In this document: positions 62,623-64,000 of the stretch, piece by piece
Layout: each line of letters starts with the position of its first letter
How positions within the stretch are numbered: the stretch's first letter is position 1
From: an uncultured delta proteobacterium
GTDB taxonomy: Bacteria > Desulfobacterota > WTBG01 > CAIYCZ01 > CAIRTM01
Direction: 5' to 3'
NCBI GenBank assembly: GCA_963804955.1
Contig: CAWDSQ010000013.1
Span: 83,692 to 147,691, forward strand
DNA length: 64,000 nucleotides
Notes under the pieces: model-generated
What the model was told of the DNA's origin: nothing
The model's input: only the letters and a program-made list of their open reading frames with translations
Databases searched by the model: none
Translations under genes and position numbers: made by a program

Positions 62623-63983
62623 ATGAAACACTTCCTTTTTTGTATCTGCCTCTACTGCTTCTTTGCGTCAGGGGATTCGCGGCTGATCATGCCGGCCACC
62701 ATGGTACGGCCCCGGCCGTGCTCGATCTTGACGAACTCATACAGGAGGCGCTTGAAGCAAATCCGGATATTCTGGCCTCACAGAAAAAGCGGGAAGCCCT
62801 CTGGGAGCGTCCGCCGCAGGCGAAATCCTGGGAGGACCCGCGGCTTGAAGTCGGCGTTCGTAACGTGCCTGCCGATGATGCCGACTTTTCAAAAATCGAC
62901 ATGACTATGAAAGAGGTGGCGCTCTCACAGGCAATCCCGTTTCCGGGCATTACGTCGCTGAAGGAGAAAATCGCCATTCATGAGGAAAACGCCGACCGGC
63001 TGCACGAGTACACACGCCTGCTGATCACCCGTGAAGTAAAAAAAGCCTACTACGAGCTGTATCTGGTCAACCGCCATATCGGCACGGCGGAAAAGAACAG
63101 CGGCCTGCTCAGCCAATTCGTCGATATCGCCCAGGCAAAATATGCCGTCGGCAAGGCCGAGCAGCAGGATGTGCTGAAGGCGCAGGTTGAGCACTCGGAA
63201 TTTATCGAGCGCCTCATCATGTTCAAACAGCAGAAGGCGACAATTATCGCTGAGCTCAACCGGCTTTTGTCCCGCGACGACTCGGCTCCGCTACTTGGCG
63301 AGCCCGTGCTCAAGCAGCACAAAATCACCCTGACCGAGGCGGAGCTTGCCGTAGCAGCCAAGGCAGGAAACCCCGGGCTTCAGAGCCTGCAGGAGATGAT
63401 CGATCGTAATCAGGCCGACTATAGGCTTGCCAAAAGATCATATGTGCCGGAAATCATGGTGACGGGCGCTTACGGCCAGCGCGAAAATGCTCACAAAACA
63501 GGCGCAAAGCCTACGGTCATGACCGATGCTGACGGCACATCGAGCCTGGTTACAATGCGGGAGCTGAATCAGCAGACGGAGCGCCCTGATGTGTTCAGCG
63601 TGGTTGTGGGAGTAAATGTGCCCATATGGTTTCGCAGGAAGCAAAACAAAAAAGTTGCCGAAACCCATCTCATGATCGAGCAGTCAAAGGCTGAATACCG
63701 GGCTTTGGCAAACGAAGTTCAGTATAAAATACGGGACCTCATGGCAAAGCAGGCTCGCGAAACCGAGCTCATCGAGCTGTATGAGCACGGCATTATCCCG
63801 CAGGCGACTCAGTCGCTCAATTCCGCCATTGCGGGCTATCAGGTGGGCTCGGTTGATTTTCTCATGCTGCTCGACAGCCAGGTCACACTCTGCAATGCCG
63901 AACTGCAGGCGAGCACGGCCCGGGTCGAATACCAGAAGAATCTCGCGGAGCTCGAGGCTGTGGTGGGAGGAAAGCTGTTTTGA
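62623..63983 (+). CDS. TolC/CusC-family outer membrane efflux protein (frameshift near start)
   Basis: LDELIQEALEANP, SQAIPFPG, VKKAYYEL, QDVLKAQVE, NVPIW, YQVG.VDF..LLD, His-rich N-terminus. Confidence 0.9.
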
Positions 63984-64000
63984 TTTTTGTACTATTGAAC

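Overview
Chromosomal window of an anaerobic Desulfobacterota (Deltaproteobacteria)-like bacterium; the taxonomy is inferred from gene content. Many genes carry single-base frameshifts, most likely long-read indel errors, and these are densest at about 57.4-62.7 kb. From left to right the window holds: (1) hisB-hisH-hisA-hisF; (2) a STAS protein with a REC-REC-PP2C-kinase partner-switching protein; (3) a roughly 16 kb chemosensory cluster containing a dual-Hpt CheA, two MCPs (one with a periplasmic CZB domain, one with a c-type heme motif), CheW, an OprB porin, CheR/B/D, two stand-alone MshEN-like repeat proteins, CheY/CheX and a sigma54 activator; (4) glnS and a nucleotide-sugar dehydrogenase; (5) a selenocysteine formate dehydrogenase operon behind a Moco/tungsten-cofactor-like riboswitch candidate wired as an ON switch; (6) a hybrid kinase, hypE, a flavoprotein and an ORF-less structured RNA resembling an IS110 non-coding end; (7) an ECF sigma/anti-sigma/Spy module, a diguanylate cyclase and a SPOR-SNase fusion; (8) tRNA-Arg(ACG) followed by an accessory region with attC-like cassettes, mix-and-match surface proteins sharing an unrecognised C-terminal domain, and an internally deleted group IIC intron; (9) a CsoR-controlled copper locus with an unrecognised duplicated Cys/His protein. 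Several REP/MITE families are scattered through the intergenic DNA. The best novelty candidates are the modular surface-protein C-terminal domain, the ON-type Moco/Tuco riboswitch, the orphan IS110-like RNA, the Cx2Cx7Cx21WCxH protein in the cop operon, and the MshEN-rich chemosensory pathway. All assignments are by eye; no searches were run.
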